In this document: piece after piece, positions 18,981 through 28,093 of the stretch
Layout: each line of letters begins with the position of its first letter
Position numbering within the stretch: position 1 is the stretch's first letter
Assembly (NCBI GenBank): GCA_001773215.1
Contig: MEWB01000001.1
Coordinates: forward strand, 69,964-133,963
DNA length: 64,000 nucleotides
Source: a candidate division WWE3 bacterium RIFOXYC1_FULL_40_10
GTDB lineage: Bacteria; Patescibacteriota; WWE3; UBA101185; UBA10185
Reading direction: 5' to 3'
Program-made: the position numbers and the translations under genes
The notes under the pieces: generated by a model
What the model was told of the DNA's origin: nothing
The model's database searches: none
What the model saw: only the letters and a program-made list of their open reading frames with translations

Positions 18981-19637
18981 ATGGAAGAGAAAGTATTCCG
19001 GTTGTATAAGGGAATAATGCTAGTCTCTATTAGGGAGTTCTTGAATAAAGAGAAGTATCTGGTAGTTGGACTATTGTGTATAAGTTGCCTATTCATGGGG
19101 TACTATATTAAAAGTTATTTACAGCCTGATTCCTGTGTAATAGACATCGCAAATAATGACATCGTTTCAGGTAACAATCTCATTGCCGAGCTGTCGGGGG
19201 CAGTAGTCAAACCAGGTGTGTATGAACTAAGTGATGGGTCCAGATTGTCAGATCTTGTCAAGCAAGGGCAAGGTTTCACTTTTGAAACTTCGGCAGGGTG
19301 GGTGGCCCATAATATTAACCTGGCTGAGAAGTTAACCGATGGAGTAAAAGTATATATTCCGTTTGAGTGGGAAATTTATGCTCCTGCAAATATAACAGTT
19401 AAAGAAATGCCCCTTGGCAGTTTGTTGGAGAAACCTGATGTCGTTGAAACCAGTTCTTCGATATCAGTCAACAGCGCATCTGAGTTGGACTTGGATAAAC
19501 TGCCTGGAGTAGGGGAATCATACGTTAAGAAAATCACCGGTGCACGACCTTATTTGAATTTGGAGGATTTTAAATCTCGATCGGGTTTGCCGACATCCTT
19601 GATAGATAAAATTAGTTCGTTAATAGATTTTTTGTGA
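18981..19637 (+). CDS. comEA: ComEA-like competence protein (membrane-anchored DNA receptor, SLBB plus helix-hairpin-helix)
   Basis: TM anchor. C-terminal HhH motif VNSASELDLDKLPGVGESYVKKITGARPY. The exact start is uncertain; an internal ATG is possible. Confidence 0.75.
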   Translation: MEEKVFRLYKGIMLVSIREFLNKEKYLVVGLLCISCLFMGYYIKSYLQPDSCVIDIANNDIVSGNNLIAELSGAVVKPGVYELSDGSRLSDLVKQGQGFTFETSAGWVAHNINLAEKLTDGVKVYIPFEWEIYAPANITVKEMPLGSLLEKPDVVETSSSISVNSASELDLDKLPGVGESYVKKITGARPYLNLEDFKSRSGLPTSLIDKISSLIDFL

Positions 19638-20602
19638 TAGGTAGATACAAGATCCTCCTTTTGTTGTTTCTAGTATGTGCCGGAAGATATATCTATACAT
19701 GTAGACTTGCCTATTGTCCTCAGGAGAAGTCAGCTATTCCTGCCCAAATAAGTTCAATCCATGAAATACTTACACAGAATGTCAGAGCATTTTTACCTAG
19801 TCCTCACGCCGAGCTGGCCCTGGGTATGACGTTTGGTATAGATAATTTTGCCGATATTCCTAAATTCAAGCAGAAGCTTAGAGATACAGGCACTATCCAT
19901 GTAGTGGTCGTATCTGGATTTAATATCAGCTTAGTTAGCGGATTATTGTTGTCGGCGGTAGGCTCTAAATATAAGCCCGGAAATCTGATCCGAGTTCTTT
20001 TGCTGACTTTGGGTTATGCGGTATTTACAGGCTTTGAACCCCCCGTAATCAGAGCGTGGATTATGTCAACAATACTGTTAGTGGGGTCTTTCTATGGGAG
20101 AGTGATAAGCACCATTCAAGTGCTTGTGTTTGCAGGATTAGTCATGGTTTTATACAAGCCAAGTTATCTGGAAAGCCTGAGTTTCCAGCTCAGTTTTGCA
20201 GCAACATTAGGTCTGCTTACAATTACGCCTTTGCTCGATAAGCTTGTAACTCTGCCTAAGGATATTAGCAGTTCCGTGGCTGCCCAAGCAGCCGTTTGGC
20301 CGCTAATTTCATATAATTTTGGCACATTCAGTATCGCAGGGTTGTTTCTTAATCCTTTGATCCTTTGGGTAGTTCCCATAATTACAGTGCTATGCTTCCC
20401 TTTGGCATTCATGGGTTTGCTTCTTGGAGAGTGGGGTAGATTTAGTTATATGGTAGTGTACCCATTGTTAAATTACTTTGTATTGAGCGTTGAATTCTTT
20501 TCTAGAATAATTTTTTCATCAATAACTCTGAAAATATCAGCTCCGGTTTTACTGGCATATTATGTTCTGTTAATTTTTTTCATAGCGAGGCACTATGTTT
20601 AG
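19634..20602 (+). CDS. comEC: ComEC/Rec2 competence channel, membrane (competence) domain only
   Basis: GTG start overlapping the comEA stop. Multi-TM. Conserved core IHVVVVSGFNISLVSGLL. Confidence 0.75.
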   Translation: MIGRYKILLLLFLVCAGRYIYTCRLAYCPQEKSAIPAQISSIHEILTQNVRAFLPSPHAELALGMTFGIDNFADIPKFKQKLRDTGTIHVVVVSGFNISLVSGLLLSAVGSKYKPGNLIRVLLLTLGYAVFTGFEPPVIRAWIMSTILLVGSFYGRVISTIQVLVFAGLVMVLYKPSYLESLSFQLSFAATLGLLTITPLLDKLVTLPKDISSSVAAQAAVWPLISYNFGTFSIAGLFLNPLILWVVPIITVLCFPLAFMGLLLGEWGRFSYMVVYPLLNYFVLSVEFFSRIIFSSITLKISAPVLLAYYVLLIFFIARHYV

Positions 20603-21434
20603 AAAATATGTTTTACTTGCCTTTGTAAGCCTTGCTTATATATTTTCCGACAATTTGTACCGGCAGGTGAGAGTAAGGAAGCAAATGTTCGAACTCGATG
20701 TGATTGATGTAGGGCAGGGAGATGCAATCCTGATTACTTCAAATAAGGGTCGGAGAGTATTAGTGGATGGTGGGGACGGGTATGATCTGGATGCATATAT
20801 TAATAAGGTTACACCGGTGCCTTTTTGCAGGATAGACTTTATCATTATGACACATACTCATGCAGACCACTGGGAGGGATTAGATAGAATTATGAAAAGG
20901 TGTGATGTAAGAGTTTTTACATTTAACGACGTGGCATCGGACAGTGCCACATACTTAAAATTTGTGCAAAATATTCCTGAAAATAAGAAGTTAAAACTTT
21001 ATTCCGACAGTAAAATAAAAGTAGATAACATAATAATAACAATCTTGTGGCCAGATATTGCGGTTTTGAAAACCCAGGAATTATCTTCAGATGCGAATTT
21101 TCTATCTACGGTGGCGTTGGTTAGCTACAGGGACTTTGACATACTTTTGACTGGGGATGCCCCTGCAGGAGTATTGGATAAAATATGGGCAGAAAAAGAG
21201 AGTATGCTACAGAATGACAAAGTAGACGTATTTAAAGTTCCCCACCACGGTTCCATAACAGGCTTGAGCGAAAAATTCCTAACAAACCTCTCCCCTACTT
21301 ACTGTGTTATTAGCGTGGGAGAAGGAAATAGCTATGGTTTGCCGGATGAGGATGTACTTTCATTTTTGGCCGAAATAAAATGTGAGGTTTATCGAACAGA
21401 TAGTGATGGAAATATTGAATTCAAAGCAAAATAA
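20595..21434 (+). CDS. ComEC C-terminal metallo-beta-lactamase domain, encoded as a separate overlapping ORF
   Basis: DVIDVGQGDAILI...HTHADHWEGL...KVPHHGS (MBL motifs). Overlaps the upstream ORF by 8 nt in a different frame. Confidence 0.75.
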   Translation: MFRKYVLLAFVSLAYIFSDNLYRQVRVRKQMFELDVIDVGQGDAILITSNKGRRVLVDGGDGYDLDAYINKVTPVPFCRIDFIIMTHTHADHWEGLDRIMKRCDVRVFTFNDVASDSATYLKFVQNIPENKKLKLYSDSKIKVDNIIITILWPDIAVLKTQELSSDANFLSTVALVSYRDFDILLTGDAPAGVLDKIWAEKESMLQNDKVDVFKVPHHGSITGLSEKFLTNLSPTYCVISVGEGNSYGLPDEDVLSFLAEIKCEVYRTDSDGNIEFKAK

Positions 21435-21448
21435 GGCATAATATCGGT

Positions 21449-23326
21449 ATGTATTATTTACCGGAGCTTCTAAGACAAAAGATCGGGGAAGTTTTTAACA
21501 ATCTGTACTCGATAGAAATTACTGATTTTTCTATAGAGCATCCTACCCATGCTAACTTTGGAAATTATTCTACAAATGTAGCTATGATAGGAGCAAAGTT
21601 GGTAAAGGAGTCTCCCATGGAAATTGCCGAGAAGTTAGCAGTTAAGTTAAAATCATTACCAATTACGTTCGACTACAACTCTGCTGTCTATAACGTATTT
21701 TCCGAAGTAACAGTGGCCGGTCCTGGCTTTGTTAATTTTCACTTTTCTTTAGACTGGATCAAGTACGTACTTTCCCAAACTTTGGGTGCTAAAAACTGCC
21801 TTAATGCGTCCTCTATTAGCACGGTATATTCGAATAAGGTGGTTATGTTTGAATACACGGATCCTAACCCTTTTAAGGTATTCCATATTGGTCACTTAAT
21901 GAGTAATTCCATAGGTGAAGCTCTCTCAAGGTTAATTGAGTATCAGGGGGCCAAGGTGATTAGGGTCAACTATCAAGGAGATGTAGGAATGCATGTGGCT
22001 ATGTCCCTTTGGGGTTTAATGAAAAGAATGGAAGAAGATAAGAGAAGTATAGCCGATTTAAGGATACTATCCTTGGCGGAAAGGATGTCATATTTAGGCA
22101 AAGCGTACGCTTTGGGTGCTACCCGATTTAAAGAAGACGCTGACAGCTCTTCGGAAATTAAAGAGTTGAACAAATACATCTACGTAGTGTCTCAAAAGAG
22201 GATGGTGATGGATGATCAGTGGACGCCTAAAATAAATTTTACATCTAGAATTGAAGACATAGACAACAAGCTGATGGAGAAAATTGACACGCTGTATAAG
22301 GAAGGAAGAAGTTGGAGCATAGAATACTTTGAAACATTGTATAAAAAGCTAGGTACTAGATTTGATTCCTACTTTTTTGAAAGCGGGGTCGCCGAGTATG
22401 GCTACCAGTGTGTAAAGGACAATATTGCAACGGGCATATTTGAAGAAAGTGATGGTGCAATTGTGTTTAAAGGTGACAAATACGGTCTTCATACCCGAGT
22501 ATTTATTAATTCTCAAGACCTACCTACCTATGAGGCTAAGGATTTGGGTCTTGCTTTCATTAAATATGACAAACACCCCTATGACTTTTCGTTTGTGATC
22601 ACAGCTAACGAGATAAATGAGTATTTTAAAGTAGTTCTGAAAGCGATGAGTTTGATAAACCCAGAATTGTCGAAGAAAACTACGCATTTAGGGCATGGAA
22701 TGATGAAACTGACCTCGGGAAAGATGTCGTCCAGGACTGGGAAAATAATCGCTGGGGATGAGCTACTTAACTCTGTAAAAGAAGCAGTTTTAGGACAAAT
22801 TAAGATACAGAACGTAGTTTTTGGCGAACACGCTCAGGATATTACTGCAGATAAAATAGCGGTAGCGTCTATAAAGTATTCGATACTGCAAAAAAATATA
22901 GGAGACGATATTGTTTATGACCCCGAAAAGTCCCTAGAGCTAACGGGCAATACGGGCCCTTATATTTTGTATACAAATGCCAGGGCAGCATCCGTATTAG
23001 AGAAAGCCGGAGCCTGTCGCTACTCCGTCGATGAGTTGTTTGGCATGGGTTTTGAAGTAAGAGACGAGGAAAAAGCAATTGTATCGCTACTTGGCGAGTT
23101 CGAAGAATATGCATTGAAAGCCGGATCCGAGCTAAGTCCGCATGTCCTTTCGGGTTATTTATACAGTGTGTGCCAAAAGTTTAATTCGTATTACTCTGAA
23201 GTTTCTATTTCTTCAGAAAAAGATGAGTGTATTAAAAGTTTTCGACTTCATATGACCAATTGTGTCACAAAGGTACTTTCTGCAGGTATGTACCTGCTTG
23301 GAATACCTATTGTTGATAAAATGTAG
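21449..23326 (+). CDS. argS: Arginine--tRNA ligase
   Basis: 625 aa. HIGH motif (FHIGHLMSNSIGEA). Class I core. C-terminal DALR-type anticodon-binding domain. Confidence 0.9.
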   Translation: MYYLPELLRQKIGEVFNNLYSIEITDFSIEHPTHANFGNYSTNVAMIGAKLVKESPMEIAEKLAVKLKSLPITFDYNSAVYNVFSEVTVAGPGFVNFHFSLDWIKYVLSQTLGAKNCLNASSISTVYSNKVVMFEYTDPNPFKVFHIGHLMSNSIGEALSRLIEYQGAKVIRVNYQGDVGMHVAMSLWGLMKRMEEDKRSIADLRILSLAERMSYLGKAYALGATRFKEDADSSSEIKELNKYIYVVSQKRMVMDDQWTPKINFTSRIEDIDNKLMEKIDTLYKEGRSWSIEYFETLYKKLGTRFDSYFFESGVAEYGYQCVKDNIATGIFEESDGAIVFKGDKYGLHTRVFINSQDLPTYEAKDLGLAFIKYDKHPYDFSFVITANEINEYFKVVLKAMSLINPELSKKTTHLGHGMMKLTSGKMSSRTGKIIAGDELLNSVKEAVLGQIKIQNVVFGEHAQDITADKIAVASIKYSILQKNIGDDIVYDPEKSLELTGNTGPYILYTNARAASVLEKAGACRYSVDELFGMGFEVRDEEKAIVSLLGEFEEYALKAGSELSPHVLSGYLYSVCQKFNSYYSEVSISSEKDECIKSFRLHMTNCVTKVLSAGMYLLGIPIVDKM

Positions 23327-23349
23327 TAGGAGAAAATATAATAAACACA

Positions 23350-24390
23350 ATGACTGCCAAGATAAAAAATAAATCGAAAGTACCAGGTCTGCTCAAGAAC
23401 TTGTTAAAACCTGTGCTTTCAATAGTGATACTTAGCACTTTTGTGCTAATTATTTTCACGATAGTGCAAAACTTATGGGACCTTGATGTGAGTAAGTTTA
23501 TGCGGATTACGGACAAAGCCTTAAATAAGGTAAACATCGACATTGATGAAAATAAGGTGGGGGAAGTAGCCGGCAAGTTTGTAGAGAGAATCTCTCAAAC
23601 TGACTTGGGCTCGGGAGTTAGTGACTTTAGACCCGCCAAGGAGGAGGTTCTAAAAATAGGGATACTGTCCGATATCCATGAGGATGAGAAAAACTTGAAT
23701 AGCGCGATTGAAAGAATTAAGCAACTAAACATCACTACTGTGTTTTTCCTAGGAGATGCAACAAACTATGGAGATCAACCTGCATTAAGGCTTGAGAAGG
23801 AGATGTTAGATAAATTTGGACTTGAATACTATATACTTCCGGGAGATCACGACTTGGCACAGTCCGCTGGTCCTGAGAACTTTCAGTCGGTGTTTGGAGG
23901 TTCCAATAGGGTTTTATCCCTTAAGGGAGTTAGTTTCGTATTATTTAACAACAGCGCAAATTTTACAAAGTTAGAACAAAAAGACATGGATTGGCTAACT
24001 TCTTCATTGAACGGGGCTGATTTCTTGGTGTTGTCGCAGCCTATCTATGCAGACGATTTACTTCCTCCTTTTAACAAGTTATTTATGGGGAGTACAAATG
24101 GTGAAGTTCCTCAAGAAAAGATAGTGTTACAAGAAGATGTGAGAGCCCAAAGAGATCAAATATTGGATCTCGTTAGACATAGTAACGTGAGAGCACTAAT
24201 ATCCGGAGACCATCATAAATCAAGCAACAAGATTGATCCTGCAAACGACAAATTAAGCCATCTAGTTGTCGGGGCAGTATCAGGCGAAATAAATGGCTAT
24301 TCTCAGAATGTTATTCAATCGCCCAGGGTTGCAACACTCACAGTGTATGAAGATAAATCCTATATATTTGAAGATGTTGTACTAGATTAG
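23350..24390 (+). CDS. Membrane-anchored calcineurin-like metallophosphoesterase
   Basis: N-terminal TM. Motifs GILSDIHED, FLGDATNYGD, GDHD, GDHH. Confidence 0.7.
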   Translation: MTAKIKNKSKVPGLLKNLLKPVLSIVILSTFVLIIFTIVQNLWDLDVSKFMRITDKALNKVNIDIDENKVGEVAGKFVERISQTDLGSGVSDFRPAKEEVLKIGILSDIHEDEKNLNSAIERIKQLNITTVFFLGDATNYGDQPALRLEKEMLDKFGLEYYILPGDHDLAQSAGPENFQSVFGGSNRVLSLKGVSFVLFNNSANFTKLEQKDMDWLTSSLNGADFLVLSQPIYADDLLPPFNKLFMGSTNGEVPQEKIVLQEDVRAQRDQILDLVRHSNVRALISGDHHKSSNKIDPANDKLSHLVVGAVSGEINGYSQNVIQSPRVATLTVYEDKSYIFEDVVLD

Positions 24391-24413
24391 TAGTTATTGT
24401 ATATTCTATCGCT

Positions 24414-24995
24414 ATGATACAAAGAAGTTTAGTGTTAATGAAGCCGGATGCAGTGAAGCGGGGTATAGTTGGCGAAATATTACATAGGTTTGAAAGATCA
24501 GGTTTAAAAATGATTGCTGTTAAGCTAGTACAGGCTGATGAGAACTTAGCTTCACGCCATTATCCCGACAGTGATGAGTGGAAAACAAAGGTGGGGCAAA
24601 GAACCCTGGATGATTGTGAAAAATACGGTATAGACGTAATGGCGAATATGGGAACTAAAGACCCACTCGAAGTCGGAGGCATAGTTAAGAAATGGAATAT
24701 GGAATTCTTGATGTCGGGGCCTGTCCTAGCCATAGTTTTCGAAGGTGTGAATGCTATCGAAAGAGTAAGATCTTTGGTAGGAGATACCGTTCCTACTAAA
24801 GCATCTGCGGGTACCATCAGAGGAGACTTTTCTCTGGATTCTGCAATAGCTGCCAACAGACGAGGAAGGACAATCTATAATCTTATACACGCATCAGGAT
24901 CTGAGGATGAAGCAAAGGATGAAATCCTCATGTGGTTTAAGGAAGAACCGATGATTTCTTACAAAAGAGTTCACGATGATCTATACTCATACTAG
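24414..24995 (+). CDS. ndk: Nucleoside diphosphate kinase
   Basis: MIQRSLVLMKPDAV...NLIHASGSEDEAKDEI. Active-site His context conserved. At 193 aa it carries an internal insertion relative to the ~140-aa canonical enzyme. Confidence 0.85.
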   Translation: MIQRSLVLMKPDAVKRGIVGEILHRFERSGLKMIAVKLVQADENLASRHYPDSDEWKTKVGQRTLDDCEKYGIDVMANMGTKDPLEVGGIVKKWNMEFLMSGPVLAIVFEGVNAIERVRSLVGDTVPTKASAGTIRGDFSLDSAIAANRRGRTIYNLIHASGSEDEAKDEILMWFKEEPMISYKRVHDDLYSY

Positions 24996-24998
24996 TTT

Positions 24999-26075
24999 AT
25001 GACAAGTAATTACTATAACTCAAAAGTACTTTCCACGGGTAAGAGTTATGATTTAAGCAATCCATCAGACAGGCATTCATATTGGCATGATAAGGCAGGA
25101 AAAAAAATAGAGGAGCTGAAGGAGTTTTTGGAGCATAATTCTTTTATGGCCTTTTTGGTTGCTAAGAAGCAGGCGGGAAAGGGTACATATGCCAAGATGA
25201 TAGAAGAGTTATTGGGTCAGGAGAGGTTCACGCATATTTCGGTGGGGGATGTGGTTAGAAAGGTTGAAAAGGATCTCAAAAATGCTTATAAAGCCAAGGA
25301 GATTACAGACTATCTTAAGAGAGAATATCGCGGTTTCATCAGCATAGAGGACGCCCTTACTGAGCTTAGAAACAGAACCTCTGATAAAGTTAGTGTTCCA
25401 ACGGAATTAGTTTTAACCCTGTTGAAGAAGGAGATTAAGAGTAGTGGAAACAAGGGAATATTTTTGGACGGCCTTCCCAGGACAATGGATCAAGTGTCAT
25501 ACTCGTTGTATTTTAGGGATCTAGTGGGTTCGCGTTATGAGAAAGATTTTTTCATACTTATCGATGTCCCACTGGAGTTAATTAAAATTAGAATGTCTGG
25601 GAGAAGAGTATGCCCGCAGTGCGGAACCTCGAGAAGTTTAGTATTGAATCCGACCAAATTTGTTCGATTTAGTAATGCACGCAAGGATGGTGATCAGTTT
25701 TATTTTTTATGTGATAACAGTGGTTGTGCCGGATATCAGACTGCTGAATATATTGCCAAAGAAGGCGACGATGGTGGTGTAGAACTGATAGAAGATAGAA
25801 TGAGGCTAGATAATGAACTTATGTCCACGGTTGCTAATCTGCATGGGGTACCTAACATTTTGCTAAACGGCTGTTACCCTAAAGATATTATCAGTAATTA
25901 TCTTGAGGAGTACGAAATCCAGACAAGATATGATTATCAGTATGTTAACGGTAGCGTAAAAGTAACTGAGGCGCCTTTGTATTTTAGGGATGAGAAGGGT
26001 CAGGAAGTGGGGGTTATGAGAGCGGCAGTATTCGTTCTGTGTCTAATCGACCAAATGCACTCGTTATTGATATAA
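24999..26075 (+). CDS. Adenylate-kinase-family nucleoside monophosphate kinase, atypically long (358 aa) with a Cys4 zinc LID
   Basis: P-loop-like AKKQAGKGTYA. NMP-binding GIFLDGLPRTMDQV (compare GFLLDGFPRT). LID CPQCG...CDNSGC. Extra N- and C-terminal extensions. Confidence 0.55.
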   Translation: MTSNYYNSKVLSTGKSYDLSNPSDRHSYWHDKAGKKIEELKEFLEHNSFMAFLVAKKQAGKGTYAKMIEELLGQERFTHISVGDVVRKVEKDLKNAYKAKEITDYLKREYRGFISIEDALTELRNRTSDKVSVPTELVLTLLKKEIKSSGNKGIFLDGLPRTMDQVSYSLYFRDLVGSRYEKDFFILIDVPLELIKIRMSGRRVCPQCGTSRSLVLNPTKFVRFSNARKDGDQFYFLCDNSGCAGYQTAEYIAKEGDDGGVELIEDRMRLDNELMSTVANLHGVPNILLNGCYPKDIISNYLEEYEIQTRYDYQYVNGSVKVTEAPLYFRDEKGQEVGVMRAAVFVLCLIDQMHSLLI

Positions 26076-26088
26076 TGCACTATGTTGT

Positions 26089-26175
26089 GGAGGGATGGCC
26101 GAGTGGTTTATGGCGCTGGTCTTGAAAACCAGTGGGAGCAATCCCGCGTGGGTTCGAATCCCACTCCCTCCGCCA
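26089..26175 (+). tRNA. tRNA-Ser (anticodon TGA), long variable arm
   Basis: Acceptor ggaggga/tccctcc. Anticodon loop ctTGAaa. Long extra arm. T-arm gggttcgaatccc. CCA encoded. Confidence 0.85.
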
Positions 26176-26224
26176 TCAAAAAAGCCAATATCAATTTCTG
26201 TGATACTGGCATTGTTTGTTAACC

Positions 26225-26725
26225 TTAGTCGTTATATGTCAGTGTTCCATCTTCTGCAACGGTATAATTTCTATCTATTTCCCAGGAGTTATAACATAGG
26301 GGAAGTAACTTCCCAATGATCCACACAGGTAATTGGATTGGAAACATGAAGGATTCATTATACTTGTTCCATTGGCCATTTTCATATGGAGTTATTCCTC
26401 CATCCCTGATAGACTCAGTGTCCATGTGAATATACTTGCGGGAAAAGTTTCCCATGTTGATGCAACAATATGCCCGTAATCCCAATCTCATACCTGAAAT
26501 AGTAACTACCTCTGAAGCAGCAACAAATACCTCCCTGTGGGTTGCTGTGCCGTTTTCATTTTTTAACATCTTGATAATCACCCGTCCTGGTTTTATTGAG
26601 TCGGCATTCTTGATCTTGAACAAACGATTAGAAAATATCCGTGTGAAGAAATAGAAGAAGATGGTACACATCAAAGCCTCCTTTACTGTCACTATAATGT
26701 GACTATAGAGCGTCGTTTCACGCAT
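26225..26725 (-). CDS. Hypothetical protein (166 aa), no recognisable family
   Basis: ORF only; no convincing SD. Lies between tRNA genes. Confidence 0.3.
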   Translation of the reverse strand: MRETTLYSHIIVTVKEALMCTIFFYFFTRIFSNRLFKIKNADSIKPGRVIIKMLKNENGTATHREVFVAASEVVTISGMRLGLRAYCCINMGNFSRKYIHMDTESIRDGGITPYENGQWNKYNESFMFPIQLPVWIIGKLLPLCYNSWEIDRNYTVAEDGTLTYND

Positions 26726-26772
26726 TATAGCACAGGTATGCTAGAATATGACTAACGTTCACAGGAGGCAGT

Positions 26773-27126
26773 ATGTTTCTTAATGAATTCGTAAATACTT
26801 TGAGAGAGTTTCTGCATGTCTACGGTATCACTGCAGATGTACCAACCTGGTCCGACTGCGCTCTTGGCGGAAGATTTAGGGTGATATTTTTCTCTGGCGA
26901 AGGGATGTGTGCACTTATCCCCGATAGAACTTCCGAGGGTATTGTGCCGGTGCTTACGGTGGAAGACTTTTTTGAACAAAGGGGAGTTCCACTTGAGCTG
27001 AAGCCGTTAACCGGTAAGGGGAGAAAACGTATTCTTATTTTAGGGAGTAAGAAATATATATTGCGCTGCAGGCTAGAAAGACCGATGCCGAAGTGGTGGA
27101 ACATTGAAGTCGAACCCCTGCCATAG
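26773..27126 (+). CDS. Hypothetical protein (117 aa)
   Basis: Strong SD aggagg 7 nt upstream of the ATG. No family recognised. The antisense ORF 26820-27263 is judged spurious. Confidence 0.45.
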   Translation: MFLNEFVNTLREFLHVYGITADVPTWSDCALGGRFRVIFFSGEGMCALIPDRTSEGIVPVLTVEDFFEQRGVPLELKPLTGKGRKRILILGSKKYILRCRLERPMPKWWNIEVEPLP

Positions 27127-27206
27127 TATGCTGTAATAGCCCGTTTGATTGAGAGTTTCTCTAATCGAACGGGTCTTTCTTTTGTGATAAAATAAGCCAT
27201 CGGCAC

Positions 27207-27281
27207 GCCCTCATAGTTAAACGGATATAACAGGCCTCTCCTAAGGGCCAATTGCAGGTTCAATTCCTACTGGGGGCACCA
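27207..27281 (+). tRNA. Putative tRNA-Arg (anticodon CCT), 9 nt upstream of tRNA-Pro
   Basis: Hand-folded. Acceptor gccctca/tgggggc (7 bp including one G-U). D-stem gtta/taac with GG in the loop. Anticodon stem ggcct/gggcc with loop ctCCTaa. T-loop ttcaatt, with one C-A mismatch in the T-stem. CCA encoded. Confidence 0.55.
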
Positions 27282-27290
27282 GTAACTCTT

Positions 27291-27367
27291 CGGGGTATAG
27301 CTCAGTTGGCTAGAGCGCACGGTTCGGGACCGTGAGGCCGCCCGTTCAAGTCGGGCTACCCCGACCA
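27291..27367 (+). tRNA. tRNA-Pro (anticodon CGG)
   Basis: Acceptor cggggta/taccccg (C1:G72). Anticodon stem cacgg/ccgtg with loop ttCGGga. T-arm gcccgttcaagtcgggc. CCA encoded. Confidence 0.85.
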
Positions 27368-27391
27368 GCATATATTAGTTATAATTAATAG

Positions 27392-28093
27392 GTGAACTTA
27401 ACTACTCTCAAAAAGCATTACTTTAGTACCTTACCTTTTTTATTCATATTAATAGGTCTCACACTTCTGTTTTTGTCGCTTGGACCGCTAATTGGATCGG
27501 AGATATTATATTATCTAGGAGAGTTAACCTCGCGAAAGTACATTTTGGACGAAAACGCTGCTCACGCGAATGATGAGGAACAAAGCGTATTTTCAAATTT
27601 ACTTGGCAATCAAATTACTTATGTCACACCCCCAAACAAGGATTTTTCTTTGGTCATAGAACGGCTTAATATTTCAGCTCCTGTGGTTAAAGATGTCACA
27701 GTTTTTGATAGGGATTCGTACAATGAGGCTCTTAAAGGGGGTATTGCCCACTCTATTTCTTCTAATTATCCCTCTTCCGATCCCGGAAATGTATATCTTT
27801 TTGCACATGCCTCGCTTAATTTTTGGGAACTTGGAAAATATGCTACTGTGTTCAATCTCTTAAGGAAAGTGAGAACAGAAGATTTGATTCATGTTTTTTA
27901 TAAAGGTGATGACTACATTTATAAAGTCATAGATAAAGAGGTATACAAAGGATGGGATGTGAGGCCGCTAACAAGGTTGTATATCGAGCCCATTTTGACT
28001 TTGCAAACCTGTGACCCGCCGGGAACAACACTGAATAGGCTTGTTGTGACTGCCAAGTTGATGGAAATTAAGAAATTATCTGATACTAACTGA
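27392..28093 (+). CDS. Sortase family transpeptidase (second copy)
   Basis: N-terminal TM. Catalytic His context VYLFAHASLNF. TLQTC Cys motif (ILTLQTCDPPG). Downstream Arg. Confidence 0.75.
   Translation: MNLTTLKKHYFSTLPFLFILIGLTLLFLSLGPLIGSEILYYLGELTSRKYILDENAAHANDEEQSVFSNLLGNQITYVTPPNKDFSLVIERLNISAPVVKDVTVFDRDSYNEALKGGIAHSISSNYPSSDPGNVYLFAHASLNFWELGKYATVFNLLRKVRTEDLIHVFYKGDDYIYKVIDKEVYKGWDVRPLTRLYIEPILTLQTCDPPGTTLNRLVVTAKLMEIKKLSDTN

Noticed and set aside
26095-26319. 74-aa ORF overlapping tRNA-Ser; likewise 26820-27263 (-) overlapping the tRNA-Arg candidate and 63501-63719 (-) overlapping tRNA-Trp
   Set aside because: They overlap well-folded tRNA genes and have no RBS. Artefacts of ORF calling.
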